A DNA stretch of 64,000 bases from Candidatus Babeliales bacterium (GTDB taxonomy: Bacteria > Babelota > Babeliae > Babelales > Vermiphilaceae): NCBI GenBank assembly GCA_963743635.1, contig CAVUQO010000003.1, positions 64,001-128,000 on the forward strand, given 5' to 3'. Of the stretch, positions 32,449 to 42,852 are shown piece after piece; the first letter of the stretch is position 1, and each line of letters begins with the position of its first letter. The notes beneath the pieces were generated by a model, which was given only the letters and a program-made list of their open reading frames with translations, had not been told where the DNA came from and did not search any database. A program made the translations under genes and the position numbers.

Positions 32449-32508
32449 GTCCGGCGTAGCAAAATACTTCGTGGAGTAGAAACTTCGAAGTAAATAGCGA
32501 AGCCTGGA
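32449..32508. repeat. GTAG/GAAG-type REP-like unit inside the ABC operon
   Basis: gtccggcgtagc...gcgaagcctgga; related to the 5767, 11305 and 48434 copies. Confidence 0.75.
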
Positions 32509-32528
32509 TAGTGTAATAAGGAAAAACA

Positions 32529-33374
32529 ATGACTGAATTGGTGCACATAGTTCAAGGCATTATCGAGCGGGGTCTCATTTTTGGCATTGTTGTTGCCGCC
32601 GTATATTTGGCTTCACGCCTCATTCATTTTGATAACTTGGCAGTCGAGGGAGCATTTGGATTGGGCGGTGCGCTTACTGCGCTTTTGATTGGTTTGAATG
32701 TAAATCCTTGGATTGCGCTTGGTGGCGCAGCATTAGCGGGAGGCTTATCGGGAGTTGCGACGGGGTTGCTTAACACGAAATTAAAATTGAACAATCTCAT
32801 CAGTGGTATTGTGGTCACCACGGGCTTGTTTTCAATTACGTTGAAAACCGCAGGATCCAATATGACGCTCGGCGACAAAGCGACAATCTTTAATTCAATG
32901 CCTTGGTTTTTTGCTCCGTATCAATCTTTAGTAATGTTAAGTTTTTTATGCATAGCACTGTTTGCTTTTATTGATTGGTTTTTGAAAACGGAAGTTGGCT
33001 TTTTGCTTCGCGCGGTTGGCGATACGCCGCAAATGGTCACTAACGTTGGCAAGAGTGCCGATCTTTATGTGGTGATGGGGCTTACTCTCTCAAATATGTT
33101 TGCCGCGATCAGTGGTGCATTATTCGTGCAATACACCGGCTATTTCTCTATTTGGGCGGGTGTTGGTGTGCTTATCATCGGGTTGGCGGGAATGATTCTG
33201 GCACAAACCTTCAGCCCTTATTTTGGCATATCCCTTCTTTTTGGCTCTATTGCATACCAATCGATTATTGCGCTTACGTTTGAGCTGCAACTCAATCAAG
33301 ATTGGAATAAGTTAATTACCGCCGTGCTCATTGTGTTGTTGATTGTAATCAAGCAATGGTTAGATAAGAAATAA
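32529..33374 (+). CDS. ABC transporter permease (COG4120-like)
   Basis: DNLAVEGAFGLGG, GFLLRAVGD; hydrophobic profile. Confidence 0.88.
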   Translation: MTELVHIVQGIIERGLIFGIVVAAVYLASRLIHFDNLAVEGAFGLGGALTALLIGLNVNPWIALGGAALAGGLSGVATGLLNTKLKLNNLISGIVVTTGLFSITLKTAGSNMTLGDKATIFNSMPWFFAPYQSLVMLSFLCIALFAFIDWFLKTEVGFLLRAVGDTPQMVTNVGKSADLYVVMGLTLSNMFAAISGALFVQYTGYFSIWAGVGVLIIGLAGMILAQTFSPYFGISLLFGSIAYQSIIALTFELQLNQDWNKLITAVLIVLLIVIKQWLDKK

Positions 33375-33386
33375 GGAATTATACAT

Positions 33387-34136
33387 ATGTTAAAGTTAAA
33401 GAATATTAATGTATGGTTCGATCATAACCATATCTTGCGCGATCTTTCATGCGATGTAGAGGCGGGGGATTTTATTGTTATTGTTGGTGCGAATGGCCAG
33501 GGGAAAAGTACGCTCTTTGATACCATTGCAGGAAAAATAATTCCAAAAAGCGGTACAATCACCCTCGATGGTATAAATGTTACTGCTATGGGAGAACAGG
33601 AACGCGCTGGAATGATTACGCGTATTTTTCAGAACACACAGCTCAATTCTGTTGGATCGCTCACGGTGCAACAAAATCTTGCCATGGCTCATTATAGTCG
33701 ACGCAATGCACGTCTTATTGATGGTATGGCTGCAATGCCTCGCGAGCATGCGGAGAAATTAATCCGTAACTTGGGCATGGATGTGTCTATTTTGGATAAA
33801 ACCATGAATGCATTATCGGGCGGTCAACGCCAACTCATTGCGTTTGTAATGTCCACGCAATTGATTCCTAGAATATTATTACTCGATGAACCGACCGCTG
33901 CACTTGATCCTCAGAGTTCTACCAAGTTGCTGCAATACGCTGCGCATTTTATTAAAGAGCACAGGGTAACCACGCTTTTGATCACTCACGATCCACATAT
34001 TGCACTGAGTATCGGAAATAAAGTGTGGGTTTTAGAAGATGGTAAAATATCTAAGGAGTTTGGCCCTGAAGAAAAGAAGAGTCTCAATCCAGATAAGCTG
34101 ATTGGCCAAATCGATTATGCGAGTCTTGAGGGGTAA
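33387..34136 (+). CDS. ABC transporter ATP-binding protein (COG1101-like)
   Basis: GANGQGKST, LSGGQRQ, LLLDEPTAALDP, ITHD. Confidence 0.93.
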   Translation: MLKLKNINVWFDHNHILRDLSCDVEAGDFIVIVGANGQGKSTLFDTIAGKIIPKSGTITLDGINVTAMGEQERAGMITRIFQNTQLNSVGSLTVQQNLAMAHYSRRNARLIDGMAAMPREHAEKLIRNLGMDVSILDKTMNALSGGQRQLIAFVMSTQLIPRILLLDEPTAALDPQSSTKLLQYAAHFIKEHRVTTLLITHDPHIALSIGNKVWVLEDGKISKEFGPEEKKSLNPDKLIGQIDYASLEG

Positions 34137-34161
34137 TCTGTTGTTCAGGTAAGAAGCGATC

Positions 34162-35151
34162 TTAAAATAGATAAGTTATATAATCTTTTGTTTTTCCAAT
34201 TTTTTCTGCATATGGAAAAACACCCTCAATAACCATCCTCTTATCCGCTTGAGCCTTAGAACGAAGGTGAAAGTGATAAGTGTTTCGAGAATATCCCCTT
34301 ATATGATATTTCGTCATTGCAGCATCAACAGCCGTCTCTGTGTCTGTTGTATTATCCAGAAAGGTATAACCGCAGGATAATGCTTCATGATATTGTTTCT
34401 CAGCTGGAAGATCGGGCGAAATTCTAGAAAATAAGGCTTCTAGCGCTGGTTTCTTAGATGCCACATATAAAGACACGGCTTTCCTTGTAATGAGTAGTAT
34501 GCAATTATGTAACAGATTATTCAGCTGTTCCACAGTACGATTACTGTTTGCCTCATACTGCGAGTCCCGTTTAAGATCATTAAGTGTTTTTTGATAAGCT
34601 GTGATTATCGAATCCGATTGTTTCCCAGTGATCCGATTGGTGATGTTCAGTACATTTATTTCATAATCTTTTAGAGCAAGATCTAGCTTTGCAAAATTTT
34701 CTTGCGCTTTTGCAGCGTCGGTAGGTTCTATGCTATAAAAGTTCCATATCTCTAAAATATCTTTTACACATGAATCGATAATTTGTTCCACCTCAGGCCG
34801 TGTGGTCTCAGCAAAAGAAATAAGCTCTTGGAGCGCCTGTTCTCTTGTTATTACACTTTGTTGTTGCGAATCAGAGGTTGATGGCAAGCTTTCGGTTACT
34901 TGCTCTTTTTCATAAGTACGCTCTTCTATTGCAGAATTAAATTGCAGAGCTTTTTTATCTCCCTGTCGTGGAGCTTTTTTAAGAATTGATTTTTTAGTAG
35001 GAGTTGATGGAGAAGAGGTCGAGGGGGATTCGGTGTGTGAGGAGCTACTGCTTTCTGAATTACCCTTAATAGAAGGGCTTGCTTCTTCCATAGCGTGGAT
35101 CATGGGAGTTAAGTAGATGATGGTTGCAAGTATATAATAAATGTTGTGCAT
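34162..35151 (-). CDS. Secreted hypothetical protein with Ser-rich linker
   Basis: Signal peptide ...PMIHA|MEE; SD AAGGAG. Confidence 0.7.
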   Translation of the reverse strand: MHNIYYILATIIYLTPMIHAMEEASPSIKGNSESSSSSHTESPSTSSPSTPTKKSILKKAPRQGDKKALQFNSAIEERTYEKEQVTESLPSTSDSQQQSVITREQALQELISFAETTRPEVEQIIDSCVKDILEIWNFYSIEPTDAAKAQENFAKLDLALKDYEINVLNITNRITGKQSDSIITAYQKTLNDLKRDSQYEANSNRTVEQLNNLLHNCILLITRKAVSLYVASKKPALEALFSRISPDLPAEKQYHEALSCGYTFLDNTTDTETAVDAAMTKYHIRGYSRNTYHFHLRSKAQADKRMVIEGVFPYAEKIGKTKDYITYLF

Positions 35152-35237
35152 AGAGATTACTCCTTAAAAAAATACGTATTATATTCAGTATTTTACGTAT
35201 CATATTGGAATAGTAGTCGGCAATGAAAGAAAATTCA

Positions 35238-36628
35238 TTACGCTCCTTTATAAGTTTTGAGTGCAATTTTACGTTCTTTTTCATGGTCAACAATTGGCCT
35301 TGGGTAGTCTTTGTATTTAGGGCTGTATCTTTGAACCAAGTATGAATGATCTTAGGCTCAATTTTGGAGAGTTCAGGGATCCATCTTTTTATATAGATAC
35401 ACTCAGGGTCGAATTTCTTTTGCTGAGTCCATGGATTAAAAATACGAAAGTAGGGCTGTGCATCGCAGCCAGTAGAAGCGGCCCATTGCCAATTACCATT
35501 GTTAACCGCGGGATCGTAATCAACGAGTTGTTGCGCGAAATACTTCTCGCCCCATTGCCAGTTGATATGAAGATCTTTAGTTAAGAAAGATGCGACAATC
35601 ATGCGCGCCCGATTATGCATAAATCCTGTTTCATTGAGTTGCCGCATGCCCGCATCAACGATTGGAAAGCCGGTCTTACCTTCGCACCATTTTTGAAAGT
35701 TTGCTTTGCTCGTACTCCAATGGAGAGCGTTATATTTTTTATGATAAGCATGTCCGTAGACGTAGGGCGAGTGGAACGCAACGTGATAATAGAAATCGCG
35801 CCAGTAAAGTTGGCGTAAAAGTGGATGATTGACACCAAGATGTTCTTTGATGGATGCAGCCACTTGTCGAACTGAAACGCATCCGAATTTAAGATAAGCA
35901 GATAGATGAGTAGTTAATGAAAGAGCGGGAATATCTCGCTCTTTTTCATAATGTTTAAATTTCTCAAGAGAGCGTAAAATTTTTTGCCCATTATCAGTTC
36001 CGCCATGAACGAAAATAGCGGGATTTTCTTTTGGTACTATTTTTTTAAATAATACTTTTGATAATTCGGCGCCTTTGATCGATGTGGCGTAAAAATTATG
36101 AAGACGTAAAGAAAGAGGATTTTTTATAGGAAGATGTTTAAAGCAGTATTTATAAAAGGGAGTGAAGACTGAATACGGAGTTCCGCTGCCGGTTTTAACG
36201 TCATCTGGTTCATTGAGTAAAACATCTGAATGCTGCATGAAGGGGAGATTTGCCTGATCGCAGACTTTCTGAATTGCTGTATCGCGCATGATGCTAAATG
36301 GCGTATAGTCCCGATTGCAAAAAACTGCATCAATTTTTTCTTGTTTAATCAATTTTTTAACAATGTCGTCAGGCTTGCCATAAAAAACATAAAGTTGAGC
36401 TTTTTTTGCTGCTAATTGGCCTGAAAGATCTTTAAGGGATTCAACCATAAACTGGATTGCATTTGAGCTGCGATAATCATTGCTTTTTCCGATTTGACGT
36501 GTATCGAATATAAAACACGGAATCACCGTTTCGCTTTCAGCAAGCGCCGCATATAATCCGGTATTATCCGTTAAACGGAGATCGCGCCTGAATATAAAGA
36601 GAGCTTTTCGATATTGTTTTTGTGCCAT
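35238..36628 (-). CDS. phrB: Class I CPD DNA photolyase; single frameshift near 35320
   Basis: RRDLRLTDN, LSAYLKFG, GKTGFPIVDAGMRQL, MHNRARMIVASFL, RIFNP. The canonical end DYPRPIVDHEKERKIALKTYKGA* is in another frame and ends at 35238. Confidence 0.92.
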
Positions 36629-36717
36629 AAAAAACCTTTTCGAGCTAGATAGTTTGTACTATTTATAGCATAGAAAAGGTTTTTATATTTTGAAAACAAA
36701 ACGATGTATTCTGCTTA

Positions 36718-37176
36718 TTATGTTGTAAATGTACGGGCAGGAATTTCTTTGATGTAATGGATACAAAGTTCTTTAACGTCTTTCTCAAGAGGCCTTAAAA
36801 GATCGAATGGGTGGACGATTAATCGCTCCGAATGATATGGATTTTTGGCGTCCAATGCAACTGTTCTTATAATGATAGTATTATAATATTGCCTTACATT
36901 ACCAATATACTTATGGTTTTCTATGGGGTTAGATTTAATGAGCCCTATAATATCAGTTAAGTTATCTATCGCGTTCCCAATAATGGAATTTTTGATATTG
37001 TGCACTATCTTATCTTCGAGGCTTTTAAATGATGGTGATTCTCGAATTACATCGTTAATCAGTTCCGCCTGCGGGTGTTGCGGCTCATCCAGCATCATCT
37101 GTTGGTTATTCATGGCGCTTGCACGTCCACAAACTGCCAGCGCTACCAGCGCCATAACTTGAAAATATTTTTTCAT
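36718..37176 (-). CDS. Secreted orphan protein, array member 1
   Basis: Likely true start MKKYFQVMALVALAVCGRASA|MNN at 37176; signal peptide paralogous to that of the 37483 ORF. Confidence 0.7.
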   Translation of the reverse strand: MKKYFQVMALVALAVCGRASAMNNQQMMLDEPQHPQAELINDVIRESPSFKSLEDKIVHNIKNSIIGNAIDNLTDIIGLIKSNPIENHKYIGNVRQYYNTIIIRTVALDAKNPYHSERLIVHPFDLLRPLEKDVKELCIHYIKEIPARTFTT

Positions 37177-37228
37177 AATGTTTGCTCCGTTGCGGGTTTT
37201 GCTAATCTTGCACCTATGACATTGACGT

Positions 37229-37483
37229 CTATGGGTGCGAGTGCTCTTGTTGCATAGACATCTGCGGATGCGGCTGCTGTTGCTGCATTGGCATCTGCGC
37301 ATGCGGCTGCTCTTGCTGTAGTTGCATTGCAATTATTGGTGGCATTGGTGCTTGTGGGTGTTGTTGTTCTTGTTGAGGCATTAGCGCTTGCGGGTGCGGC
37401 TGCTCTTGTCCGTTATACATGGCTCTTGCGCGTCCATAAACGGCCAGTGCTATGAGTGCCATAACTTTAAAGTATTTTTTCAT
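37229..37483 (-). CDS. Small secreted Gln/Pro/His-repeat protein, array member 2
   Basis: MKKYFKVMALIALAVYGRARA|MYN; repeated QEQPHPQ-like units; SD AAGGA. Confidence 0.7.
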   Translation of the reverse strand: MKKYFKVMALIALAVYGRARAMYNGQEQPHPQALMPQQEQQHPQAPMPPIIAMQLQQEQPHAQMPMQQQQPHPQMSMQQEHSHP

Positions 37484-37504
37484 ATTATTTTTTCCTTTAT
37501 TAGA

Positions 37505-37531
37505 AAAGGCATACTCAAATGGTATGCCTTT
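37505..37531 (-). terminator. Array terminator 1
   Basis: aaaggcatac...gtatgccttt; near-identical to 38276-38306. Confidence 0.7.
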
Positions 37532-37553
37532 AAATTTTTGTACTAATCAGTAA

Positions 37554-37988
37554 TTAATTATTATTGTTATTGTTATTATTGTTGTTCGGTTGAACTGGTG
37601 CAGCGGGATCCTGAGGAGCAATCTGATAAATCAGACGTATCATTTCTATCTTCTCGCGTAATAGAATAAATGCTCGTCTGCTTGCTTTTCCATTGAATGA
37701 GGCGACGCGATCAAGCTCTGCGCCCAAATTCACGATTTCTTGAGCACGGCCTTGTAACGCAACGGTAAGCAATTCAGGGTTTCCAAAACGATTCTTTATG
37801 AACCTAGTCATATCGATACACGCAGAGTTGATCTGGCTCGTTCTAATTTTGTTATGTATATTGGCGATTTTTTGGTCGTCGGTAAGATTTGATGTTTCAT
37901 CATCCGATGAATCCAAATCATTATTCATTGCAAAAATATTTCCCGCTGAAGCAACGAGTAGGGCAGTTAGAAGATATAATTTTTTCAT
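37554..37988 (-). CDS. Secreted orphan protein with poly-Asn tail, array member 3
   Basis: MKKLYLLTALLVASAGNIFA|MNN ... PNNNNNNNNNN. Confidence 0.75.
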   Translation of the reverse strand: MKKLYLLTALLVASAGNIFAMNNDLDSSDDETSNLTDDQKIANIHNKIRTSQINSACIDMTRFIKNRFGNPELLTVALQGRAQEIVNLGAELDRVASFNGKASRRAFILLREKIEMIRLIYQIAPQDPAAPVQPNNNNNNNNNN

Positions 37989-38003
37989 GAAAAGTCCGTA
38001 AAT

Positions 38004-38141
38004 ATGGTTTAGATACTAATATATTGTCATATATTAGTCTACTATAATGTTTTCTATTAGTCAAATGGGTAAGGATACAGGAGTGGTGTCAGCCAAAGGC
38101 AGGGATCAAACCTGTGAAATAGGTAGGATGCAGGTTCGATG
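38004..38141 (-). repeat. 138-bp upstream/promoter block, copy 1 (sigma70-like TTGACT-17-TAGACT at 38036-38064)
   Basis: Differs at 2 positions from 38767-38904. Confidence 0.85.
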
Positions 38142-38275
38142 AGGTTACCCAGGCTTGCGTCTACGCTCTGGTCATCTTGATCCTGAGCGCGCCGAAGGTA
38201 ACGAAGGACGTCGTATAGGTCGCTTTTAGTCGGTACAAAGTAGTCGGGCAGCGTCCGACGAGCGAAGTTGAAAAT

Positions 38276-38306
38276 AAAAAAGGCATACTCAATGGTATGC
38301 CTTTTT
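38276..38306 (-). terminator. Array terminator 2
   Basis: aaaaaggcatac...gtatgccttttt. Confidence 0.75.
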
Positions 38307-38327
38307 AAATTCTGGAATGAGCTGTGA

Positions 38328-38750
38328 TTAGTTGTTGTTATTATTGTTCTGTTGTGCATTATTCATTATTGTTCTTACTCGTCCAATCTGAGTGTTTAAA
38401 TTTAAATTGAGAGCAGTTCTTGGTAGGTGTGGTTGAATTCTTGTATTGAGATTTTGAACAATTTGAAAAGCATGGGCTGACCCTTGCATTGTTGGATTCT
38501 GTTTAATGAGATCAAGCCAATCAAGCAGCGTCTCACGAACTTCTGTATAGTCAGGATTGGTCTGATTGAGTTGGTTAGCCTCTTGAAACTGATTTGCAGC
38601 TTGAATTGCATGGCCAGCATGAGTGGTTTGCTCAAGCGGATCAATAAGTATGGATTGCGGACGAGCGCTTTCCGTGTCGTCTGGCTCATTAGCAAAAATA
38701 TTTCCTGCTGAAGCAACGAGTAAGGCAGTTAAAAGATAAACTTTTTTCAT
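38328..38750 (-). CDS. Secreted orphan protein with poly-Asn tail, array member 4
   Basis: MKKVYLLTALLVASAGNIFA|NEP ... QQNNNNNN. Confidence 0.75.
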   Translation of the reverse strand: MKKVYLLTALLVASAGNIFANEPDDTESARPQSILIDPLEQTTHAGHAIQAANQFQEANQLNQTNPDYTEVRETLLDWLDLIKQNPTMQGSAHAFQIVQNLNTRIQPHLPRTALNLNLNTQIGRVRTIMNNAQQNNNNNN

Positions 38751-38766
38751 TTAAAATCCCTAAAAA

Positions 38767-38904
38767 ATGGTTTAGATACTAATATATTGTCATATATTAG
38801 TCTACTATAATGTTTTCTATTAGTCGAATGGGTAAGGATACAGGAGTGGTGTCAGCCAAAGACAGGGATCAAACCTGTGAAATAGGTAGGATGCAGGTTC
38901 GATG
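38767..38904 (-). repeat. 138-bp upstream/promoter block, copy 2
   Basis: Direct repeat of 38004-38141. Confidence 0.85.
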
Positions 38905-38971
38905 GGGCTTTAAATAGTAAAGGCACATACGAAGATGTGCCTTTGAGTATCATATTTTTAGAGAATATTGA

Positions 38972-39412
38972 TTATTGAGGGTTATTCATGATGTCTTCAT
39001 CAAGGTTGCTTGGATTCCCGCTTCTTACGGGGGAGATACTTGGGCACCGGATAATTTCTTTTAAGGTGCTTAAGCGCTCAGGGAGATCCCTGAATACAGG
39101 CGTACTCGATTGTCCTTTAAAGGACGCGAGAGAAAGAATCACTCCTGCAACACCTTCCACTACAGCCAAAGATTCAAGCGCGTCAGATGAATGTGGATTT
39201 TCTTCGATAGATGTTAATAGTTGCAGCACTTCACGTGTAGCAGGTCCAAGTTCCCTCTTTGTAATATGTTCTTGGATAGTTTGATGGAATTCAACAGGCG
39301 ACCGGCTTTGTTCGTTATCCGAATCCCAGCCTGAGCCTTCATGCGAATTCATCGTAAATATAATGATATTTGTTACAAGCAGCAACGCTGCTAAGAGTTG
39401 TTTTTTGTTCAT
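38972..39412 (-). CDS. Secreted orphan protein, array member 5
   Basis: MNKKQLLAALLLVTNIIIFT|MNS; SD GGAGG; own TTGACA-16-TATACT promoter; terminator at 38919-38944. Confidence 0.7.
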   Translation of the reverse strand: MNKKQLLAALLLVTNIIIFTMNSHEGSGWDSDNEQSRSPVEFHQTIQEHITKRELGPATREVLQLLTSIEENPHSSDALESLAVVEGVAGVILSLASFKGQSSTPVFRDLPERLSTLKEIIRCPSISPVRSGNPSNLDEDIMNNPQ

Positions 39413-39581
39413 AGAAACCTCCGATTCTCTTCAAAAAAACTTGAAATACAGGGGTATTTCTTACTCTTAAGTATACCGCGTATTTTCTACTTGTCAAATA
39501 GGTTAAGTGAGGGGTATATCCAGCCAAAAGGAGTTTAAGCCTGCAAAAGTAGAAATAAATTCTCTTGGCTAGAGATTCGGA

Positions 39582-41042
39582 TTAGCCCAAATGCTTCTTG
39601 AGCAATTCCTGAATGACCTTTGGATTACCTTTGCCTTGGGTTTTGGCCATAGCCTGCCCCACAAAATAACCAAACAACTTCACGTTGCCAGCTTTATACT
39701 GAGCTACTTGGGTAGGATTAGCAGCAATGATGTCTTTAATAATTGCTTCGATTTCGTCGTGCGATCCCATCTGCTCAAGACCGAGTTCTTTAACGATATC
39801 GACTGGGTCTTTGCCAGTTTCAGCAACTATCTCAAATACTTGTTTTGCCGCATGATTATTAATCTTATCGGTGTCCATGAGCTGAATAATGGTAGCCAGT
39901 TTTTCAGGAGTTACCTTGCATTCAGCGAGTGAAATTTTGTGTTCTTTCAAGAGTCCCATTATATCGCGCAATACCCAGTTGATGCTATTTTTGCTCGGAT
40001 GTGCTTCATAGGTTTTTTCAAAGTAGTTTGCGAGCTCGAGGTCTTCGATTAAGATTTCCGCTTCATAAGGAGAAATATTTTTTTCTTTAATCAGACGATC
40101 AAATTTTTGATGTGGCAATTCTGGCATGGTCGCAGCAATGCGCGCAATCCAGGCATCATCAATGGAGATCAGTGGTAAATCAGGATCTTGGAAGATACGA
40201 TAGTCAGCTTCGCCTTCTTTGGTACGCATTAAGACTGTCTTTTTGTTTTTGCTATCCCAAAGGCGCGTTTCTTGATAAAGTTGCCCGCCATTTTCAATCG
40301 TAGTGATATGGCGTTCAATTTCATACTCAACGGCATCGCATATAAATTTGAAGGAGTTAATGTTTTTTAATTCACAGCGAACGCCCAATTCCTTCTGTCC
40401 CTTTTTGCGTACGGAAATGTTGGTGTCTCCACGGAATGCGCCTTGTTCCATATTGCCTGTACAGATACCGAGGTATTGTACCATGGCGTGCAATTGTTTA
40501 AGGTATGCGCGTACTTCATAGGTGCTATTAATGTCCGGTTCGCTGACCATTTCCAATAATGGAGTTCCCGCACGGTTGAAATCAACAAAACTTTCACCAC
40601 TCGCTGGATCGTGAATATTTTTCCCCGCATCTTCTTCCATATGAATGCGCTTGAGCCGAATGTTTTTGATTGTGCCATCTTCTAAGCGGATGGGAATAGA
40701 GCCATTCACGCAGATAGGTACATCGTTCTGGGTAATTTGATAGTTCTTAGGAAGATCAGGATAGAAATAATGTTTGCGATCAAAATAGGAAATTTTATTG
40801 ATGGTGCAGTTAGTCGCAAGGCCTGCAAGGATTGCATACTCCAGCACTTGCCTGTTGAGTACTGGTAGTGTTCCTGGGTAACCAGTGCATATATTGCAGA
40901 TATTGGTATTTGGTTCTTTTGGAATGGTATTGGCAGAAGAACAAAAGATTTTGCTTTTGGTAGTCAGCTGGACATGGATTTCCATGCCGATTGTCAATTC
41001 ATAATCAGGGTATTTATCTAGAACAGAGGGAATCTTAGACAT
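39582..41042 (-). CDS. gatB: Asp/Glu-tRNA amidotransferase subunit B
   Basis: IGMEIHVQL, FDRKHYFYPDLPKNYQITQ, HMEEDAGK, DFNRAGTPLLE, ELKNINSF. Confidence 0.98.
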   Translation of the reverse strand: MSKIPSVLDKYPDYELTIGMEIHVQLTTKSKIFCSSANTIPKEPNTNICNICTGYPGTLPVLNRQVLEYAILAGLATNCTINKISYFDRKHYFYPDLPKNYQITQNDVPICVNGSIPIRLEDGTIKNIRLKRIHMEEDAGKNIHDPASGESFVDFNRAGTPLLEMVSEPDINSTYEVRAYLKQLHAMVQYLGICTGNMEQGAFRGDTNISVRKKGQKELGVRCELKNINSFKFICDAVEYEIERHITTIENGGQLYQETRLWDSKNKKTVLMRTKEGEADYRIFQDPDLPLISIDDAWIARIAATMPELPHQKFDRLIKEKNISPYEAEILIEDLELANYFEKTYEAHPSKNSINWVLRDIMGLLKEHKISLAECKVTPEKLATIIQLMDTDKINNHAAKQVFEIVAETGKDPVDIVKELGLEQMGSHDEIEAIIKDIIAANPTQVAQYKAGNVKLFGYFVGQAMAKTQGKGNPKVIQELLKKHLG

Positions 41043-41172
41043 GTGTAACCTTAACTTAATTGTATTTCTAAAATTTGTTTAATGACTTTTATTCATCACT
41101 CAAGAGTCCGTAACGACTGCGTCCGGCGTAGTTATCCGGGCCTTCAGGCCCGGATGAACATAGATGGAAGAA

Positions 41173-42687
41173 TCACTTTTTTTCTATTTTGTACTGCGTG
41201 GTTGTATAAGAATCTTGAGAGAAGATGGTGATTTTTACCCCATACATTTTTTCAAGCTCTAAAATTGCATTATATTCAGTAGAGGTGATGTATTCAAAAA
41301 TTTTCGGATGCACTTGGAGTGTTAACTCTTTAAGCTTTGCGTTTGCCTTGAGATCTTTTTTGATTTGCCGCAGCATTTCATAAGATTCAATTTGTAGGGA
41401 TTTGACAAATCCATATCCTCTACAAACAGAGCAATTTTCCGTGAGCTGTTGCACCAGTGTTTTGCCAGATCGCTTACGCGTCATTTGCACGAGACCAAAC
41501 TCTGATATCTTGAGCACCACCGATTGGAATTTATCCCGCTCGCGCAGCGTTTTTTCGAAAAATTTAAACAATTTTTGCTTGTTGGCATGACTTGTCATAT
41601 CAACGAAGTCAATAACAATGAGTCCACCAATATTACGCAGACGCAATTGCCGCACTACTTCTTCAGCCGCTTCAATGTTATTTTTAAATATGGTTTCTTC
41701 CATATTTGCTTTACCAATGAATTTGCCCGTGTTCACGTCAATAACGGTCATCGCTTCGGTTGTCTCAATAATAAGAGATCCACCCGATTTGAGTTCTGCG
41801 CGGCGGTGCAAAGCTTCTTCAATCTGTCTTTCAACATTGAAATGATCGAATATTCCCGCGACGCCTTCATACAAGATCACCTTGTGTGTATATTCAGGCG
41901 CAGTATTTTTGATGAATTTATAAATTTTATTTTGATTCTCTTTATCATCCGTAATAATTGATTCCACGTCATCATCAAGATGATCGCGCACTATTTGGAG
42001 TGATATTTCAAGATCCTCATGAAGCATTTCTGCGACCGCAGCTTTTTCAAACTTCTTTAGAATAGCGTCCCATGTATCAAGGAGATAACGAATATCTTTA
42101 TTGATTTCTTGAGCTTCTGCTGATGCAGAGGTGGTACGAATGATAGCGCCCATTCCCTCAGGTAATGCCGCTTTAACGAGGTCTCTCAAGCGTGCTCGTT
42201 CATCGCGATCTTCTATTTTCTTAGAAATACCTATACGAGGAATATTGGGCATGAGCACAATGAATCGCCCTGGAAGCGTAAAGCAAGTGGTAAGTTTGGC
42301 CCCTTTTTCATAAATGGGCTCCTTATTTACTTGAACAAGGACGCTTTCGCCTTCCTTGAATATCTTGCTAATATCAGGCGAAACACGCACTCGTGGCTTT
42401 TTCTTAGGCTGTTCATCATCAAGCTGAGTTGTTTTGCTAATGCGTTCGATCGCAAGTTCTCTATCAACCTCTGAAATATGCAGAAAGCCTGATTTTTCCT
42501 GACCAATATCCACAAAGGCGGTTTGAATGCCAGGGAGGAGCTTGGTTATTTTGCCTTTAAAAAAGGCGCGTTCAAGGCTGGTTGTAGCATGGTCGGAGAA
42601 GTAAACGTTCTGTAGAACGTCTTCCGTCATAATTGCTATTCGTGTTTGCCAGCTGTTTTTATTTATTATTATCTTTTTCACCGTCAT
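41173..42687 (-). CDS. rng: Ribonuclease G (Rne/Rng family)
   Basis: S1 domain AFVDIG; EAMTVIDVNTG; RQLRLRNIGGLIVIDFVDM; FGLVQMTRKR; CxxC. Confidence 0.95.
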   Translation of the reverse strand: MTVKKIIINKNSWQTRIAIMTEDVLQNVYFSDHATTSLERAFFKGKITKLLPGIQTAFVDIGQEKSGFLHISEVDRELAIERISKTTQLDDEQPKKKPRVRVSPDISKIFKEGESVLVQVNKEPIYEKGAKLTTCFTLPGRFIVLMPNIPRIGISKKIEDRDERARLRDLVKAALPEGMGAIIRTTSASAEAQEINKDIRYLLDTWDAILKKFEKAAVAEMLHEDLEISLQIVRDHLDDDVESIITDDKENQNKIYKFIKNTAPEYTHKVILYEGVAGIFDHFNVERQIEEALHRRAELKSGGSLIIETTEAMTVIDVNTGKFIGKANMEETIFKNNIEAAEEVVRQLRLRNIGGLIVIDFVDMTSHANKQKLFKFFEKTLRERDKFQSVVLKISEFGLVQMTRKRSGKTLVQQLTENCSVCRGYGFVKSLQIESYEMLRQIKKDLKANAKLKELTLQVHPKIFEYITSTEYNAILELEKMYGVKITIFSQDSYTTTQYKIEKK

Positions 42688-42852
42688 CCCATCTAGATGT
42701 TGCCTTAGACATTTTTTCTGGTACGCTTAGGCATCATATGTAATATACTGCATATTGTAGGTAATGGGTAGAAGATTGCAAAAAAATATGCTAGATTCCC
42801 TTAAAATCTGAGAATTAAGTCAAAAATTTACGCAAAAAGAAAGGAAACTCCT

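Noticed and set aside
35066..35237. C-terminal extension of photolyase overlapping the next gene
   Set aside because: Artifact of a frameshift near 35320; the canonical C-terminus ends at 35238.
37177..37332. Cys/Arg-rich N-terminal extension of ORF 36718-37332
   Set aside because: Off-frame reading of the neighbouring Gln-repeat gene; the likely start is 37176.
38057..38359. 100-aa ORF within the array
   Set aside because: Runs across a terminator, REP relics and the promoter block; no SD or signal peptide.
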